The notes beneath the pieces were generated by a model. It worked only from the letters and a program-made list of their open reading frames with translations. It was not told where the DNA came from and did no database searches. A DNA stretch of 64,000 bases from Candidatus Lloydbacteria bacterium (lineage in GTDB: Bacteria; Patescibacteriota; Minisyncoccia; Phycocordibacterales; 21-14-all-47-15), in contig JACROH010000001.1 in NCBI GenBank assembly GCA_016214545.1, positions 116,239-180,238 of the forward strand. Direction: 5' to 3'. The translations under genes and the position numbers were made by a program. How positions within the stretch are numbered: position 1 is the stretch's first letter; each line of letters starts with the position of its first letter. Positions 62,836 to 64,000 of this stretch are shown here, piece by piece.

Positions 62836-64000
62836 ATGAATACGCGCAGTAAATTGGGAATGATTTTTTTGGCCCTGGCCGTTGTGGGGGTCGCTTTTTT
62901 CGTTGGTGTATATGCCGGATACCATGAACGCCCGGAGGTAAATAAAATTACCTCTCTTCTTAATAAAGAAGAACCTTTGGTGGCGGCAAGCGGGGCCGAC
63001 TTTGACGCCTTTTGGAAAGTATGGAATGTACTTAATGAAAAATATATTGCCGCGACTTCAACTATTCCTTCCGACCAAGAAAAAGTATGGGGGGCGATAG
63101 CGGGGCTCGCGTCTTCCTATGGCGACCCGTATACCGTCTTTTTCCCGCCAAAAGAGGCGACTATATTTCAAAGCGATGTGAACGGCAATTTTGGCGGCGT
63201 TGGGATGGAAATCGGGATACGTAATGGCGTTCTCGCGGTTATTTCTCCTTTGAAGAATACGCCGGCAGAAAAAGCGGGGCTCAAGGCGGGGGATACCATT
63301 CTCGAAATAAACGGAGTCAGGAGCGTTGATACTCCGGTTGATGAGGCGATACAAAAAATTCGCGGTAAGCAAGGCACCTCGGTGAAGCTCAAGATTGGGC
63401 GCGAAGGCATCTCGCCGTTTGAAGTTTCTATCACGCGCGATATCATCAACATCCCCGTTATCGATACCAAGCTTCGCTCCGATGGAGTGTTCGTCATTTC
63501 ATTGTATACTTTTGCCGCGACCTCTCCCGATGCGTTTCGAGGTGCGCTTCAAGAGTTTACCAAGAGCGGTTCCGACAAGCTCATTCTTGATTTGCGGGGG
63601 AATCCGGGCGGATTTCTTGAGGCGGCGGTGGATATTGCAAGCTGGTTTTTGCCGCAAGGCAAAACAGTAGTGCGCGAGAATTTCAAAGACCATGACAATG
63701 AACAGGTGTACCGAAGCAAAGGATATGATATATTCACCGATAAGCTCAAAATGGCGATTTTGATAAACGGGGGCTCGGCATCGGCATCGGAAATTTTAGC
63801 CGGTGCGCTTCGCGAGCATGGGAAGGCCGTGCTCGTCGGCGAAAAATCATTCGGCAAGGGCTCGGTGCAAGAATTGGTGCCCATTACGAGCGATACATCG
63901 CTTAAAGTGACTATCGCCCGATGGCTTACTCCAAACGGTGTTTCCATTTCAGAAGAAAAATTGGCTCCGGATTATGAAGTAAAAATGACTGCCGAAGATG
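62836..64000 (+). CDS. Carboxyl-terminal processing protease (S41 family, Ctp/Prc-like); 3'-partial, runs off the window end
   Basis: ATG 62836; N-terminal anchor LGMIFLALAVVGVAFFVGV; PDZ region; catalytic GGSASASEILAG...GEKSFGKGSVQ Ser-Lys dyad. Absent from the ORF track because no stop lies within the window. Confidence 0.85.
   Translation, partial: MNTRSKLGMIFLALAVVGVAFFVGVYAGYHERPEVNKITSLLNKEEPLVAASGADFDAFWKVWNVLNEKYIAATSTIPSDQEKVWGAIAGLASSYGDPYTVFFPPKEATIFQSDVNGNFGGVGMEIGIRNGVLAVISPLKNTPAEKAGLKAGDTILEINGVRSVDTPVDEAIQKIRGKQGTSVKLKIGREGISPFEVSITRDIINIPVIDTKLRSDGVFVISLYTFAATSPDAFRGALQEFTKSGSDKLILDLRGNPGGFLEAAVDIASWFLPQGKTVVRENFKDHDNEQVYRSKGYDIFTDKLKMAILINGGSASASEILAGALREHGKAVLVGEKSFGKGSVQELVPITSDTSLKVTIARWLTPNGVSISEEKLAPDYEVKMTAED

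Noticed and set aside
1-64000. CRISPR arrays, rRNA genes, transposases/IS elements, alternative genetic code
   Set aside because: No regularly spaced short direct repeats with unique spacers, no rRNA-like conserved blocks and no transposase-like ORFs were seen. Multiple well-supported genes terminate in TGA (e.g. lepA, mazF-like), so UGA is not reassigned.

Overview
This 64-kb window looks like a gene-dense chromosomal segment from a small-genome, CPR/Patescibacteria-like bacterium. It uses the standard genetic code: TGA and TAA both terminate genes here, which argues against an SR1/Gracilibacteria-type recoding. GC is roughly 45-50% with a few AT-rich pockets. Housekeeping content dominates:
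- aminoacyl-tRNA synthetases pheS/pheT, leuS, alaS (short form), valS and cysS;
- a ribosomal/RNAP block infA-rpmJ-rpsM-rpsK-rpsD-rpoA-rplQ followed by rplM-rpsI, plus rplU;
- lepA, dnaB, recR, tsaD, mnmA, murC, murJ, mltG, a DnaQ-like exonuclease, a 3-methyladenine glycosylase, an RNase P RNA and five tRNAs (Gly-CCC, Arg-CCT, Phe-GAA, Val-GAC, Ser-CGA).
Accessory features worth a second look:
1. PheT carries an intact NlpC/P60 (C40) cysteine-peptidase domain inserted into its B5 domain, and the next gene in the operon encodes a C39-like papain-fold protein.
2. A low-GC islet sits next to tRNA-Gly (~40.3-44.1 kb). It holds a tRNA-like remnant whose acceptor stem is maintained by compensatory changes, a GNAT acetyltransferase, and three hypothetical genes each preceded by a perfectly duplicated 119-bp terminator-promoter-RBS-ATG module.
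3. A solitary MazF/PemK toxin gene is bracketed by ~50-bp imperfect direct repeats.
4. A dockerin-bearing surface protein gene lies next to a cohesin-domain membrane protein gene.
5. A secreted protein carries five tandem 4-Cys repeats.
6. The 3' end of tRNA-Ser is repeated as an 18-bp direct repeat 200 bp away, the pattern an integrase att scar would leave.
No CRISPR array, rRNA gene or obvious transposase was seen. All calls are from reading the sequence and the supplied ORF translations; no database searches were run.
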